Of a stretch of DNA of 64,000 nt, positions 1-12,124 are shown piece after piece. Both the position numbers and the translations under genes were made by a program. Below the pieces are notes generated by a model. It did not search any database and was not told the origin of the DNA. It saw only the letters and a list, made by a program, of their open reading frames with translations. The stretch is from Sedimentisphaerales bacterium (GTDB lineage Bacteria > Planctomycetota > Phycisphaerae > Sedimentisphaerales > Anaerobacaceae): the NCBI GenBank assembly GCA_963708075.1, contig OY970194.1:6304001-6368000 (forward strand), read 5' to 3'. Numbering within the stretch: the first letter of the stretch is position 1; the number at the start of each line of letters is the position of its first letter.

Positions 1-892
1 AGCAGGTGGCGAACTGATAGCCGGAGAGCTTCTGGCCGACCATCTTGCAGTTCAGGTTCTTCATGACCTCGGCGGGGGCAAAGATTCGGTACGTGTTGCC
101 GATGGTTTCACGCATGGCCAGCGACTGCTTGAGGAAGATCGTCAGCAGGGCGGCAGGCATGGAGTGTCCCACGGCGTCGGCCAGGTAGAACCCGATATGC
201 TGCTCGTCAATCCTGGCGACGTCGTAAATGTCACCCGAGACCCATTCGGCCGGCATGAATGTGACCGCCCATTGGGCCTCGTTGCAGTTCGGCAGATGGG
301 AAGGCAGAAAGTCCCGCTGGACAAGACCGGCCAGACGCAACTGCTCCGTCAGGTTGTCCATGAGGGCCCCCGTGGCATCGGGTTGCCCCGCCATCTTAGT
401 GCTCAGGAGCCGTTCCGAGGAATTGACCAGGGCGGAGGGCTTCACGGCGATTCCGGCGTTGGGCCTCTTGCGGTAGACGAGATTGATGCAAATCTGCGCC
501 CAGAGGTCGTCGAGCGGGATGGAATCGGGGGACTCGCCCTGCGAGGGACTGTGATCGGAAGATGCCAGAGAAATACTCTTGCTGGGCTGTCTGACGGGCT
601 GGGTGAGCAGGATCGTGCCGATATTATCGCGCTCGAGGGATTCCATGATCCGGCCAAGTTCCGGATTCTCGGACATGTTCATGCCTTCCGCGTCAATGAC
701 GACGGTCCCGATCAGGTCGGGTCGGATGTGGATGGTCTGATACCCTGCGAGCGGAAGCAGGCGGTAGGTCAACTTCTTCTGCCGGAACAGCCGGCGGATT
801 TCCACGGGCAAGTCCATCTTATCGGACAGAAATACCACGTCGGTGAAGTCGCCCGACACGCCGATGCCCTTTTGTTCCCGCGTTTTATCCAT
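1..892 (-). CDS. SpoIIE/PP2C-family protein phosphatase (RsbU-like); 3' end runs off the window
   Basis: Manual translation from ATG at 892 (MDKTREQKG...) is open to the window edge. It contains VQRDFLP, WVSGDIYDV and FYLADAVGHSMPAAL, the PP2C/SpoIIE motifs. Not in the ORF track because it has no stop codon in the window. Confidence 0.88.
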   Translation of the reverse strand, partial: MDKTREQKGIGVSGDFTDVVFLSDKMDLPVEIRRLFRQKKLTYRLLPLAGYQTIHIRPDLIGTVVIDAEGMNMSENPELGRIMESLERDNIGTILLTQPVRQPSKSISLASSDHSPSQGESPDSIPLDDLWAQICINLVYRKRPNAGIAVKPSALVNSSERLLSTKMAGQPDATGALMDNLTEQLRLAGLVQRDFLPSHLPNCNEAQWAVTFMPAEWVSGDIYDVARIDEQHIGFYLADAVGHSMPAALLTIFLKQSLAMRETIGNTYRIFAPAEVMKNLNCKMVGQKLSGYQFATC

Positions 893-1070
893 AGAAACCG
901 CTCTGCGTCGTGCCGTAGGGTGCAATGCGCGCCCACAAGCTATGCCGACAAACCTAATGTCGTCGCGCAGAGGGTGTCACTTTGGGGGATTCTTCCGTTT
1001 TCTGCGATGCCGGAGGCGGCGGGTGGTTGGGTGGCACGGGAAAACTTGTTTGCCCGTGGGCTTTGGATGA

Positions 1071-1787
1071 TCAGGCGAAGATGGCTGATCCGATGCGCAG
1101 GATAGTCGCCCCTTCCTCGATGGCGATCTCATAATCGGAACTCATGCCCATACTCAGCTCGGTGAACTGCTGGCCGACGATCTTCTCTCCCCGCATCTCG
1201 TAGAAGAGCTCCCGGGCCCGGGTGAAGCACGCCCGGATGATGTCCTTGTTTCGGGTTAATGGGGCCATCGTCATCAGTCCGATAAGCTGGACGTTCGGCA
1301 GGGTCTCGATCTGCTCGGCCAGGTGGATGGCCGCCCCTACAGGGACCCCGTACTTCTGGGGCTCGTTGGAGGTGTTGACCTGGAGCAGGATTTTAGGACG
1401 CAGGTTCATCTTCGCGGCCGAGTTGCTGATCTCCTCGGCCAGGCGAAGCGTGTCCACCGAGTGGATCAGGGAGACCATCGGCAGGACCTGGCGAACCTTG
1501 TTGCGCTGCAGGTGCCCGATCATGTGCCAATGGATCTCGGGAGGCTGGCCGGTTCCGGATTCCTGCTGCAGGAATTCGCTCACCTGCGCCGCGACCTTTT
1601 TCAGTTGCTGGACGCGATTTTCGCCGAAATGGGTGTAACCGAGGTGAAGCACTTCCTTGATGGCCTCGAAGTCGGCCGATTTCGTCACCACGACGAGCCG
1701 GATATCACTGGGTTCTCTGCCGGAGCGCGCACAGGCCGCTGCGATCGTCTGCTCCACACGCGCCACCCGGTCCGTAAGTTTCAACAT
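1071..1787 (-). CDS. yggS: YggS family PLP-binding protein (PLP homeostasis)
   Basis: LVVVTKS (PLP lysine), FGENRVQ, WHMIGHLQRNKV, LSMGMSSDYEIAIEEGATILRIGS. The exact start Met is uncertain. Confidence 0.95.
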   Translation of the reverse strand: MLKLTDRVARVEQTIAAACARSGREPSDIRLVVVTKSADFEAIKEVLHLGYTHFGENRVQQLKKVAAQVSEFLQQESGTGQPPEIHWHMIGHLQRNKVRQVLPMVSLIHSVDTLRLAEEISNSAAKMNLRPKILLQVNTSNEPQKYGVPVGAAIHLAEQIETLPNVQLIGLMTMAPLTRNKDIIRACFTRARELFYEMRGEKIVGQQFTELSMGMSSDYEIAIEEGATILRIGSAIFA

Positions 1788-2071
1788 CTGCATCAGTTGC
1801 GAGCCACAGATCAAAGTATTCCATTACTTTGTACCAACATACCCACCAAGTGCGTAAGTCTATGCCAGTTTCACGCAAGTTACAAGAGCGCAGGTGCAAA
1901 AATGCCGTCGTCGTTTTCCATCAGGGCGGATATGCAGGAAGAAGCCCGTCGCGGGCCCGTTGCCATCACGGACGGCATGCACCTGGAATGGCATAACCAC
2001 CTGTCGCGACACAACTTACGTGACAGTGGACAGTGACACTGCGAAAAATCCAAAAAAACCAAGCTTTTGTC

Positions 2072-2101
2072 TTGCATTCTGGGGGACCGCCGGGGTATAA
2101 T
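2072..2101 (+). promoter_or_regulatory. sigma-70-type promoter pointing into an ORF-free gap
   Basis: TTGCAT-N18-TATAAT, preceded by an A/T-rich tract. Confidence 0.6.
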
Positions 2102-2105
2102 AATC

Positions 2106-2296
2106 GAGGAATGGGGTGGGAGGTTCACCCTGGTGCATGTTCAGTCTGTTTGGTGTGCTTGACATACGAATCGGAAGGGTTGTACGGTCTCTTTGAATTC
2201 ATACAAATAGCGTCTGTCTTTCTTTAGGTTAAACCTCGGCGAGGCAGCGTGGTCCACCGGTCTCCCCCCCAGCCGGTCCCACCACCTCGCCATTTT
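2106..2296 (+). ncRNA. ssrS: candidate 6S RNA (long irregular hairpin with central bubble)
   Basis: About 190 nt directly downstream of the promoter. Nested pairings by eye: GGGAG/CTCCC, CCTGGTG/CACCGG, CATG/CGTG, TTGAC/GTTAA, GAAGGG/TCTTTC, TTGTA/TACAA. A small CCTC-GGC-GAGG hairpin sits in the 3' bubble strand, and the region ends in a T-run. Confidence 0.45.
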
Positions 2297-3492
2297 TATT
2301 TTCGCGGCTCGACGGAGCGTTTCGCCCTCAGGGACAACCCGAATCCGATGAACAGAAGCACCGACAGCAGCCCAAGGCTAGCCCCGTAGAGGAATGTCAC
2401 CCGGGGCGAGAATCGCTCCCAGAGAAATCCTGCCAGCAGACCGCCGGGCAGGGCGGCCAGACCCGTGGCCGTGTGGAATGTCCCCAGGGCGGTCGCCTTC
2501 ATACCCTCGCGGGCCAAGTCGGCCACAAGGGCTCGCTGGGTCCCATCGATCGCCGCCTTGTACCCTCCGTACAAGGCAAAGAGGATCACGAACGCCACCG
2601 GGGAACTGAAGAAGGCAAAGCCGGCCGCCGTGAGGACAAACAGAAGATATCCGAACACGATCACCTTTTCCCGGCCGATCTTGTCCGAGAGGATGCCCAG
2701 CGGTGCCGCCAGAATCGCATAGACGACATTGAACATCGCGTATAGCAGGATGGGGGCCGCCTGCGAAAACCTGCCCGGGAAAAGCGTATTGGCCTTGAGG
2801 ACGAAGAACATGTAACTGAAGTTCCCAAGCGCGAAGACGCTGGCGACCAGAATGAACAATATCAGCGGAGCGGACAGGCCGGTGATTCCCAGCTTCAGCG
2901 TGATCTTCTGCGGCTTGCCCCGGGGCTCGGAGACAAAGCGGATGGGGACCAGCGCGGCAAACCCGATGATGCCCGCGATCAGAACGATACGCCGGAAGCT
3001 CAGTTGCAGGAACCAGAACAGAACGAAGGCGACAAGTGTGCCCAGGACGGCGCCGGCCGTCTCCAGCGATCTGTGAATGCCGAACCCCTTGCCCCGCTCG
3101 GTCGTCATGGACTCGGCGATGATCGCGTCCCGCGGCGCGGTGCGCAGGCCCTTGCCCACGCGTTCAAGTCCCGAGTATAGCACGGCGCTGGGCCACGCCC
3201 TCGACGTCGCCAACAGGAGCTTGAATATACTGGATACAAAGTACCCGCCATAAACAAAAAGCTTCCGCTCCCCGGTCTTGTCGGACCAGTAGCCGCAGAA
3301 GATCTTGAGGATGTTGGAAACGGCGTCCCGCAGGCCGCCGACCAGTCCGATGGTTTCGCCGCCGCCGCCCAGCGATTGCAGGAACATCGGGAGGATTGGC
3401 ATGATCATCTCGCTGCTCAGATCGTTCAGGAAGCTGACGATGCTAAGCAGAATGACATTCGGTGATATCCTTTTGCGAGGCGTGTCTTCCAT
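2296..3492 (-). CDS. MFS transporter
   Basis: About 12 hydrophobic segments; MFS motif-A-like GYWSDKTGERK and GILSDKIGREK; GKGLRTAPRDA. Confidence 0.92.
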   Translation of the reverse strand: MEDTPRKRISPNVILLSIVSFLNDLSSEMIMPILPMFLQSLGGGGETIGLVGGLRDAVSNILKIFCGYWSDKTGERKLFVYGGYFVSSIFKLLLATSRAWPSAVLYSGLERVGKGLRTAPRDAIIAESMTTERGKGFGIHRSLETAGAVLGTLVAFVLFWFLQLSFRRIVLIAGIIGFAALVPIRFVSEPRGKPQKITLKLGITGLSAPLILFILVASVFALGNFSYMFFVLKANTLFPGRFSQAAPILLYAMFNVVYAILAAPLGILSDKIGREKVIVFGYLLFVLTAAGFAFFSSPVAFVILFALYGGYKAAIDGTQRALVADLAREGMKATALGTFHTATGLAALPGGLLAGFLWERFSPRVTFLYGASLGLLSVLLFIGFGLSLRAKRSVEPRK

Positions 3493-3528
3493 GCTGATCT
3501 TACCCGAGGCGGCGAACCGCTGTGATGA

Positions 3529-3939
3529 CTACTCTCCCTGCACCTGAACGATCACCCGCCGGCTTCGCGGGCCGTCGAACTCGCAAAAATAGACGGCCTG
3601 CCAGGTGCCCAGGGTGAGACGACCATCGTGAATGAGGACCTGCTCGCTGCAGCCGACGAGCGAGCTCTTGCAGTGCGCGTCGGAATTGCCCTCGGAATGC
3701 TGGAAACCACGGTTGGATCTCGGCACGATCTCGTCGAGAGCCAGAAGGACGTCGTGGACCACGTCGGGGTCGGCGTTCTCATTGATCGTAATGGCGGCGG
3801 TGGTGTGGGGACAGAACACGATGACACTGCCGTTGGTGACGCCCGACTGGCGGACCATCGCATCCACCTGGCCGGTGATATCGACCATCTCCGTCCGGCC
3901 CCGCGTGCTCACGTGGAATTCCGTCTGGACAATCTTCAT
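3529..3939 (-). CDS. yjbQ: YjbQ family (secondary thiamine-phosphate synthase) protein
   Basis: CPHTTAAITINENADP, HSEGNSDAH, LGTWQAVYFCEFDGPRSR. Confidence 0.93.
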   Translation of the reverse strand: MKIVQTEFHVSTRGRTEMVDITGQVDAMVRQSGVTNGSVIVFCPHTTAAITINENADPDVVHDVLLALDEIVPRSNRGFQHSEGNSDAHCKSSLVGCSEQVLIHDGRLTLGTWQAVYFCEFDGPRSRRVIVQVQGE

Positions 3940-3961
3940 GACAGCTTCCTTTGTCGGCCTG

Positions 3962-5572
3962 CTATCGCCTGCACACATTCGTGATGAAGCGGCTCAACTC
4001 GCTGAGTCCCGAACCCATATCGGCCCGGTTGAACTTGACCGCAGAGTGCATGCTCATCTCGCTGGGCAAGTCGTCATAGGAGACATCCGATACGAAGTTG
4101 ATGAAGGGAGATGTGGGGGGCTTGCGTCCCTCGGCGATGGCGTTCAGGAAGGTCACCCACTCGAACATCACGCCTTCACGCCTCAGGTGCGCGGGTTGTG
4201 TGGCAATGACGATCATGCCGCGCGACTCATGGATGGCCTTGCGGATCTCATCCGCAAATGTGGTGAGCATCGGCGTCCTCTTGTCGAAGAACACATGGAA
4301 CCGGTTCTCTTCGTTGGTGAGGTGCTCGTACGCGGTGCGGGCACAGTCCTCATCGGGAGAGGCATAGCACAGAAAGAAGTCAAAGGGGCCTTTTCTCTCC
4401 TTGGCTCTGCACGCCTGCTCTTCTTTATGCTTGATGAACCTGGAGATGATGGCATGAGTGACAGGACACAGACAGTAGGCCTTGCCGTCTGTTTCCGCTC
4501 TTTGCCAGGCACTCACGTCGCCATCCGACAGCACCTGTGTTCTGAGAAGGCGACGAATATACACATCTCGAACCAGGTCCTGCAAGTGACCCTGTGAATT
4601 GTCATAACGCTTGGCATCGTAGAAGAACTTCGTCGGGAAAGCTGTGGTGCGCGTGCTCGCCGGCTCACCCGATTCATCGCTCTCGGCGTTGGCCCGTTTG
4701 ACAATGGCGTCCAGATCTTCCACAGGGAACAGTCCAATCGGGGCTCCCACCGGGATGTTATCGGAAATCTCGCCGTCGAATATAATCGCCTTATCGCTCA
4801 CGGAAACGTTCGCGACCCTGTCGATCTCGATTCCGAAATCGGTAGCGTTAATATTCACGAAGCAATCTGTAACCAGGCGGGGTTCGTTCTCCTCATAGGA
4901 GACCCAGAGCGAATCCGGGCCATCCAGCCAGTCAGGTTTGGTGCGCAATTCCTCACATGCGCCGAGGCCCAGATCCGGGTATTGTCCCTGAAACAAGCGA
5001 CGGGCCACTTTGAACCCGGGCCAATCCACGAGCTCACTCTTGTCCCACTCGAACACGTAGCGCTTCTTGTCCTCTGGGCTCACAATCAAGAGTTCTTCAC
5101 CTAGTTCTCGCCTCACCACATCCATCGGGTCCAGCAACTCGTGGACGCTGTCGGCGGCACCATTGGCGATGTTCCACCCGATAGGGTACACCTCGCGATA
5201 GAACAGGCAGTAGTACTGCTGTTTGCCAATGGTGAGAACTGGAAGCGTCCCTCCACTGATATATCGGAACGGAAAGAGTGGGTCATTGAAGGGGTCGAAC
5301 GGCGTGATGCTACTTGCCCCCCTCAAGAGGATATGATCCAACTTCCGTTGGTAGCTGCGTGCGCGCGTATGGAAATCCGGAATACGTGCGAGGATTTCGT
5401 CCTTGGCATCACGGCTCCAGATGCTGCGCGTGTTGCGGTCGAAGCGCACTTGGAGCTTGACCCCGCCGCCTTGCCGGGTGAGGTTGAATTGGGTCACGAG
5501 GACCTGCAGGAAGTAGTTTTGGGCACGCCACAAGGGCTGAACCCAGTCCGAATCCGACACGAACTCTGTCAT
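3962..5572 (-). CDS. Fusion of an N-terminal Nudix-like region and a C-terminal TIR domain
   Basis: C-terminus FDFFLCYASPD...VFFD...EIRKAIHESRGMIVI...VMFEW matches the TIR pattern including the catalytic-position Glu. The N-terminal WNIANG...E...RRELGEELLI resembles a Nudix box. GGAGG lies before ATG 5572. Confidence 0.75.
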   Translation of the reverse strand: MTEFVSDSDWVQPLWRAQNYFLQVLVTQFNLTRQGGGVKLQVRFDRNTRSIWSRDAKDEILARIPDFHTRARSYQRKLDHILLRGASSITPFDPFNDPLFPFRYISGGTLPVLTIGKQQYYCLFYREVYPIGWNIANGAADSVHELLDPMDVVRRELGEELLIVSPEDKKRYVFEWDKSELVDWPGFKVARRLFQGQYPDLGLGACEELRTKPDWLDGPDSLWVSYEENEPRLVTDCFVNINATDFGIEIDRVANVSVSDKAIIFDGEISDNIPVGAPIGLFPVEDLDAIVKRANAESDESGEPASTRTTAFPTKFFYDAKRYDNSQGHLQDLVRDVYIRRLLRTQVLSDGDVSAWQRAETDGKAYCLCPVTHAIISRFIKHKEEQACRAKERKGPFDFFLCYASPDEDCARTAYEHLTNEENRFHVFFDKRTPMLTTFADEIRKAIHESRGMIVIATQPAHLRREGVMFEWVTFLNAIAEGRKPPTSPFINFVSDVSYDDLPSEMSMHSAVKFNRADMGSGLSELSRFITNVCRR

Positions 5573-5618
5573 AGCAGCCTCCACAGGCCAGTGCTTTCCA
5601 AGCGGTGATTCTGTGAAG

Positions 5619-5648
5619 ATACTACTGCCCCGGACGCGGAATTGTCAA
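5619..5648 (-). promoter_or_regulatory. sigma-70-type promoter of the TIR fusion gene
   Basis: Minus strand TTGACA-N18-TAGTAT in the argS-TIR gap. Confidence 0.55.
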
Positions 5649-5663
5649 CAGGAGATCCGCTCT

Positions 5664-7454
5664 TTACATCTGGTCGACAACCTCGATCCCCAGTAGCCGG
5701 CTCAGACCGTGCTTGATCGTGTCGGCCGTCAGGTCGCACAGGAGCAATCGCGTCGGCCTCTTGTCGGGCGGTGCATCGAGGACCGGGCAATTCGTGTAGA
5801 ACGCGCTGAACTTCGTGGCTAGCTCGTACAGGTACGACGTGAGGAAGTTCGGCCGGTAGTCGGCGGACGCAGATTCCACCGCCTCGGCGTAACGCACGAG
5901 GTGCTTGGCAAGGTCCAACTCCGACGGGTCATCCAGCTTGAGGCTCTGTATGCCTGTCAACTCCTCCTGCACGGGAACGCCTCGGGTCTGGGCCTTGCGC
6001 TCGATGGACTTGATGCGGGCGTACGCGTACTGCATATAAGGCGCCGTATTGCCATCCATCGCCAGCATCTTGTCGAAGCTGAACACGTAATCGCTGGTCC
6101 GGCTATTGGAGTAATCGGCATATTTGACCGCCCCGATCCCCACAGCTTTCGCGATCTCCACTTTCTGCTCCGGCGGCAGGTCAGGGTTCTTCTCCTCCAC
6201 GACGCCTCTCGCCCGCTCCACGGCCTCATCGAGCAGGTCCTTGAGTTTGACGTTCTCGCCGGAGCGCGTCTTCAGGGGCTTGCCGTCCTCGCCGAGAACG
6301 CTGCCGAACGGGACATGCACAAGCTCGATTCTCTTGCCGTCGCGGTGGTCCCAGCCCACCATCTCCGCCACCTTGAAGAGCATCTGGAAATGCTGAATCT
6401 GCCGAGCGTCCGTGACATAGACAATCCTGTCCGCTTTCAGCTCATTGACGCGATACCGCAGCGCCGCCAAGTCCGTGGTCGCATAGAGATAAGCCCCATC
6501 GGACTTCTGAATGATGAACGGCAGCGGCTCGCCCTCCTTCGTCTTGAACCCCGGCGGAAACACGCACGTCGCCCCGTCCGATTTCACCGCCAGGCCGGCC
6601 TTCTGCAGGTCGTCGACGACCGCGGGCAGCTTGTCGTTGTAGAAGCTCTCCCCGCGGACGTCTTCGGGGTGAAGCGTCACATGTAACTGATCATAAATCT
6701 CCTGGGAGTGATCAAGCGAATACTCCCGTATTGTTTGCCAGTGCCTCGTCCACATCCAATCGCCCGACTGTAGGCCAACGACTGCCGCCCGGGCCCTTCT
6801 TGCGAATGCTTCATCTGTATCATACAGTGCCTTTGCCTCTCGGTAGAAGGCCTCGATATCAGCCAGTGGAGCTCCGCTTCTCATGGTCTCCCCCGAGCGG
6901 CTGGTCTCGGTAAGCTTGTTGTGATAGAGTACGATCAGCATTCCGAACTGGGTGCCCCAGTCGCCGATGTGGTTTTGGCGGATGACCTTGTGGCCGAGGA
7001 ATTCGAGCAGCCGGCAGATGGCGTCTCCGATGATCGTGCTGCGTAGGTGGCCGACATGCATTTGCTTGGCTATGTTCGGACTGGAGAAATCCACAACGAT
7101 GGTCTGAGGCTCGGGGGCAGGAGCGAAGCCGAGCCGGTCCTGCGTGTCACTGTGGATGCGCAGGAGTTGTTCGGCGATGTACTGCGGTTTCAGTCGCAGG
7201 TTGATGAATCCGGGTCCGGCTACCTCCGGTGGCTCACAAATGTCGCTGAGGTCAAGCTGCCCGACCACGGATTCCGCCAGCTTGCGGGGGTTGGTCTTGA
7301 GCTGCTTGGCCAGGGCCATTACGCCGTTGGCCTGGTAATCCCCGAACTTCGGATCGGTCGTCGGCCTCACAATCGCGGCACAATCCGACTGCCCGGTTGC
7401 TCTCGCCATCACGGCGGATATTCGTTCCTCAAGCACATCTGTGGTAGATTTCAT
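5664..7454 (-). CDS. argS: arginine--tRNA ligase
   Basis: FGDYQAN, GPGFIN, SSPNIAKQMHVGHLRS (HIGH), LKTRSG, GNTAPYMQYAYARI. Confidence 0.97.
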   Translation of the reverse strand: MKSTTDVLEERISAVMARATGQSDCAAIVRPTTDPKFGDYQANGVMALAKQLKTNPRKLAESVVGQLDLSDICEPPEVAGPGFINLRLKPQYIAEQLLRIHSDTQDRLGFAPAPEPQTIVVDFSSPNIAKQMHVGHLRSTIIGDAICRLLEFLGHKVIRQNHIGDWGTQFGMLIVLYHNKLTETSRSGETMRSGAPLADIEAFYREAKALYDTDEAFARRARAAVVGLQSGDWMWTRHWQTIREYSLDHSQEIYDQLHVTLHPEDVRGESFYNDKLPAVVDDLQKAGLAVKSDGATCVFPPGFKTKEGEPLPFIIQKSDGAYLYATTDLAALRYRVNELKADRIVYVTDARQIQHFQMLFKVAEMVGWDHRDGKRIELVHVPFGSVLGEDGKPLKTRSGENVKLKDLLDEAVERARGVVEEKNPDLPPEQKVEIAKAVGIGAVKYADYSNSRTSDYVFSFDKMLAMDGNTAPYMQYAYARIKSIERKAQTRGVPVQEELTGIQSLKLDDPSELDLAKHLVRYAEAVESASADYRPNFLTSYLYELATKFSAFYTNCPVLDAPPDKRPTRLLLCDLTADTIKHGLSRLLGIEVVDQM

Positions 7455-7490
7455 GCCGTCAATCACTCAGGCTCAGGCGAGGTCAGCTCT

Positions 7491-7516
7491 ACGCGTGGGT
7501 TGAGAACCCACCCTAC
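7491..7516 (-). repeat. GTAG-type REP palindrome
   Basis: Minus strand GTAGGGTGGGTTCTCAACCCACGCG, identical to the copy at 35928. Confidence 0.75.
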
Positions 7517-7570
7517 AGGATCGTTGAGTATGTCGATCGCGGACTTCACGAAATAATCAATGATCCATCA

Positions 7571-7939
7571 TCAATAATCAATCTTCTCAGCGTCTCCCCA
7601 GAGGAGTTCGAGGTCGTAGAACTCGCGGTATTCGGGGTCGAAGAGGTGCACGACGACGTCGACAAAATCGAGCAGGATCCATCGGCCCTGTTCGTAGCCC
7701 GCCCGGCCGAACCGGTACATATCCTGTTCCCGGCCCAACTGAGAGACCTCGTCGGCGACCGTACGCCTCTGCCGGTCGCTGGTTCCCGTGGCAATCACGA
7801 AGTAATCCGTGGCCGAGGACAGGCCTCGCAGGTCGAGCACGACGATATCGGTGCAACGGCGCTCTTGGGCGATTCTCGCCGCCGCCTGCGCGAACTCTTT
7901 CGCCTTCTTATTCGGTTTTCTTCTCGCCAATCCGTACAT
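7571..7939 (-). CDS. rsfS: ribosome silencing factor
   Basis: DIVVLDLRGLSSATDYFVIATGTS, WILLDFVDVVVHLF, REFYDLELLWGDA. Confidence 0.95.
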   Translation of the reverse strand: MYGLARRKPNKKAKEFAQAAARIAQERRCTDIVVLDLRGLSSATDYFVIATGTSDRQRRTVADEVSQLGREQDMYRFGRAGYEQGRWILLDFVDVVVHLFDPEYREFYDLELLWGDAEKIDY

Positions 7940-8056
7940 CCTTACAATGGAAGAGAGATGCACGGCCATCGATAGGCCGCTCCCTTAGAGTATTCATTAA
8001 CTCGGGCCGCGTCAATCACCAGGCCAATGCTTTTACCGTACCGCGCGGGATAAAAC

Positions 8057-8085
8057 AAAAAGGGGGCACGAAGAAGCGTGCCCCC
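8057..8085 (-). terminator. intrinsic terminator of hppA
   Basis: GGGGGCACG/CGTGCCCCC stem followed by a T-run on the minus strand. Confidence 0.8.
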
Positions 8086-8109
8086 GGAACTTGTGCTTTG
8101 CCGATTCGA

Positions 8110-10680
<2,571 letters not shown>

Positions 10681-10813
10681 AAATACCTCATGAAAAGACT
10701 CTGACTGACCTGTCCAACCACGAACACGAACGAAGCGTCATACTGTAAACAAAACCCCACACTTTTCAAGTGTTTTCGCGTTTTTTTCCGCGAACGGCTT
10801 GGCGACCGGGTTT

Positions 10814-12015
10814 TTACGTATGATAATCCGCGTTTATCCGGACGTACTCCGCACTGAGGTCGCAGCCATAATAAAAGTCACTGCATCGCCCAACGCCCAG
10901 GTCCACGGTGATCGTGTGCTCCCGTTGCGAGACGATCCGGGCGGCTTTCGCCTGGTCGAATTTCGTCGGGGCCCCGTTCCGAAAGACGTACAGCTCATTG
11001 AGCTTGCAGGAAAGCCTCTCGGGGTTCAGATTCACGCCGGATGAGCCTGCGGCGCAGATAATTCGGCCCCAATTCGGGTCTCCCCGTGCACGGCGCACTT
11101 GAACAGGGGGTAATCCGCAATGGCCCGCGCGGCCCGGGTCGCATCGGCCTTCGTGGCCGCCCCTTTGATGACGACCTTGAACATCTTCGTCGCCCCTTCG
11201 GCGTCCAGGGCCATCTGCCGGACCAGATCGGTGCACAGGTCCGTCAGGGCCTCGGCGAATTTCCCGTACGCCCCGGATGGTCCCGTGATTCGCGGGTTGC
11301 CCGCCAGGCCGGAGGCGAGAAGGATACCGGTGTCGTTCGTGCTCTGGTGGCCGTCCACCGTGAGCTTATTGAGCGACTCGCCGACCGCTCCTTTCAAAGC
11401 CCTGCCGAGCAGCGGTTTGCTGATCGCCGCATCGGTCGTGACGAACAACAACGTGGTTGCCATATTGGGCCCGATCATGCCGGCGCCCTTGACCGTACCG
11501 GCGATTCGCACCTTGGTTCGCGATAGTGTCACTTCCCGATGGGCTTGCTTGCATTTCGTGTCCGTGGTCATGATCGCCTGGGCGAAAGCAAAGCCGGCCT
11601 CTTGCGAGTAAGAAAGACGCGCGGCGGCCTTTGCAATTCCGTTGGTTATGTTCTCCATGGGCAACTGGTGCCCGATGACGCCGGTGGAGGCGACGAGCAC
11701 CTCGTCCGGCTCGACCCCCAGATGCGTGGCCGTCAAAGCACACATTCTCCTCGCGTTAGCCAGGCCGATCTTGCCCGTGCAGGCGTTGGCACAGCCGGAG
11801 TTGACCACCACGGCATGCGTCGTTCGGTTTCCTGTATGCTCTCTACTGACCATTACCGCCGCCGAGACGATCTTGTTCGTCGTGAACACCGCCGCCGCCG
11901 TAGCCCCCGTCGGACATACGAGCAGCCCCAAGTCCGGCTTCCCCGATATCTTGATCCCGCACGCCAACCCCGCCGCCAGAAACCCCTTCGGCCCTGTTAC
12001 CGTACCATTTGCCAT
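10814..12015 (-). CDS. argJ: ornithine acetyltransferase/N-acetylglutamate synthase; one frameshift near 11082
   Basis: NSGCANACTG, KGAGMIGPNMATTL, STNDT. After a 1-nt deletion the frame continues DPNWGRII...GCDLSAEYVRINADYHT. Confidence 0.93.
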
Positions 12016-12124
12016 ACCAACTCCGAGAAAGTACCGATCACTAGAACGTGAGAAAGGCCATCAATATAGACAAAGGCGTCAGGTCATGAAAGGAAAAAGC
12101 ATGACGTATCACTACGTGGATCTG

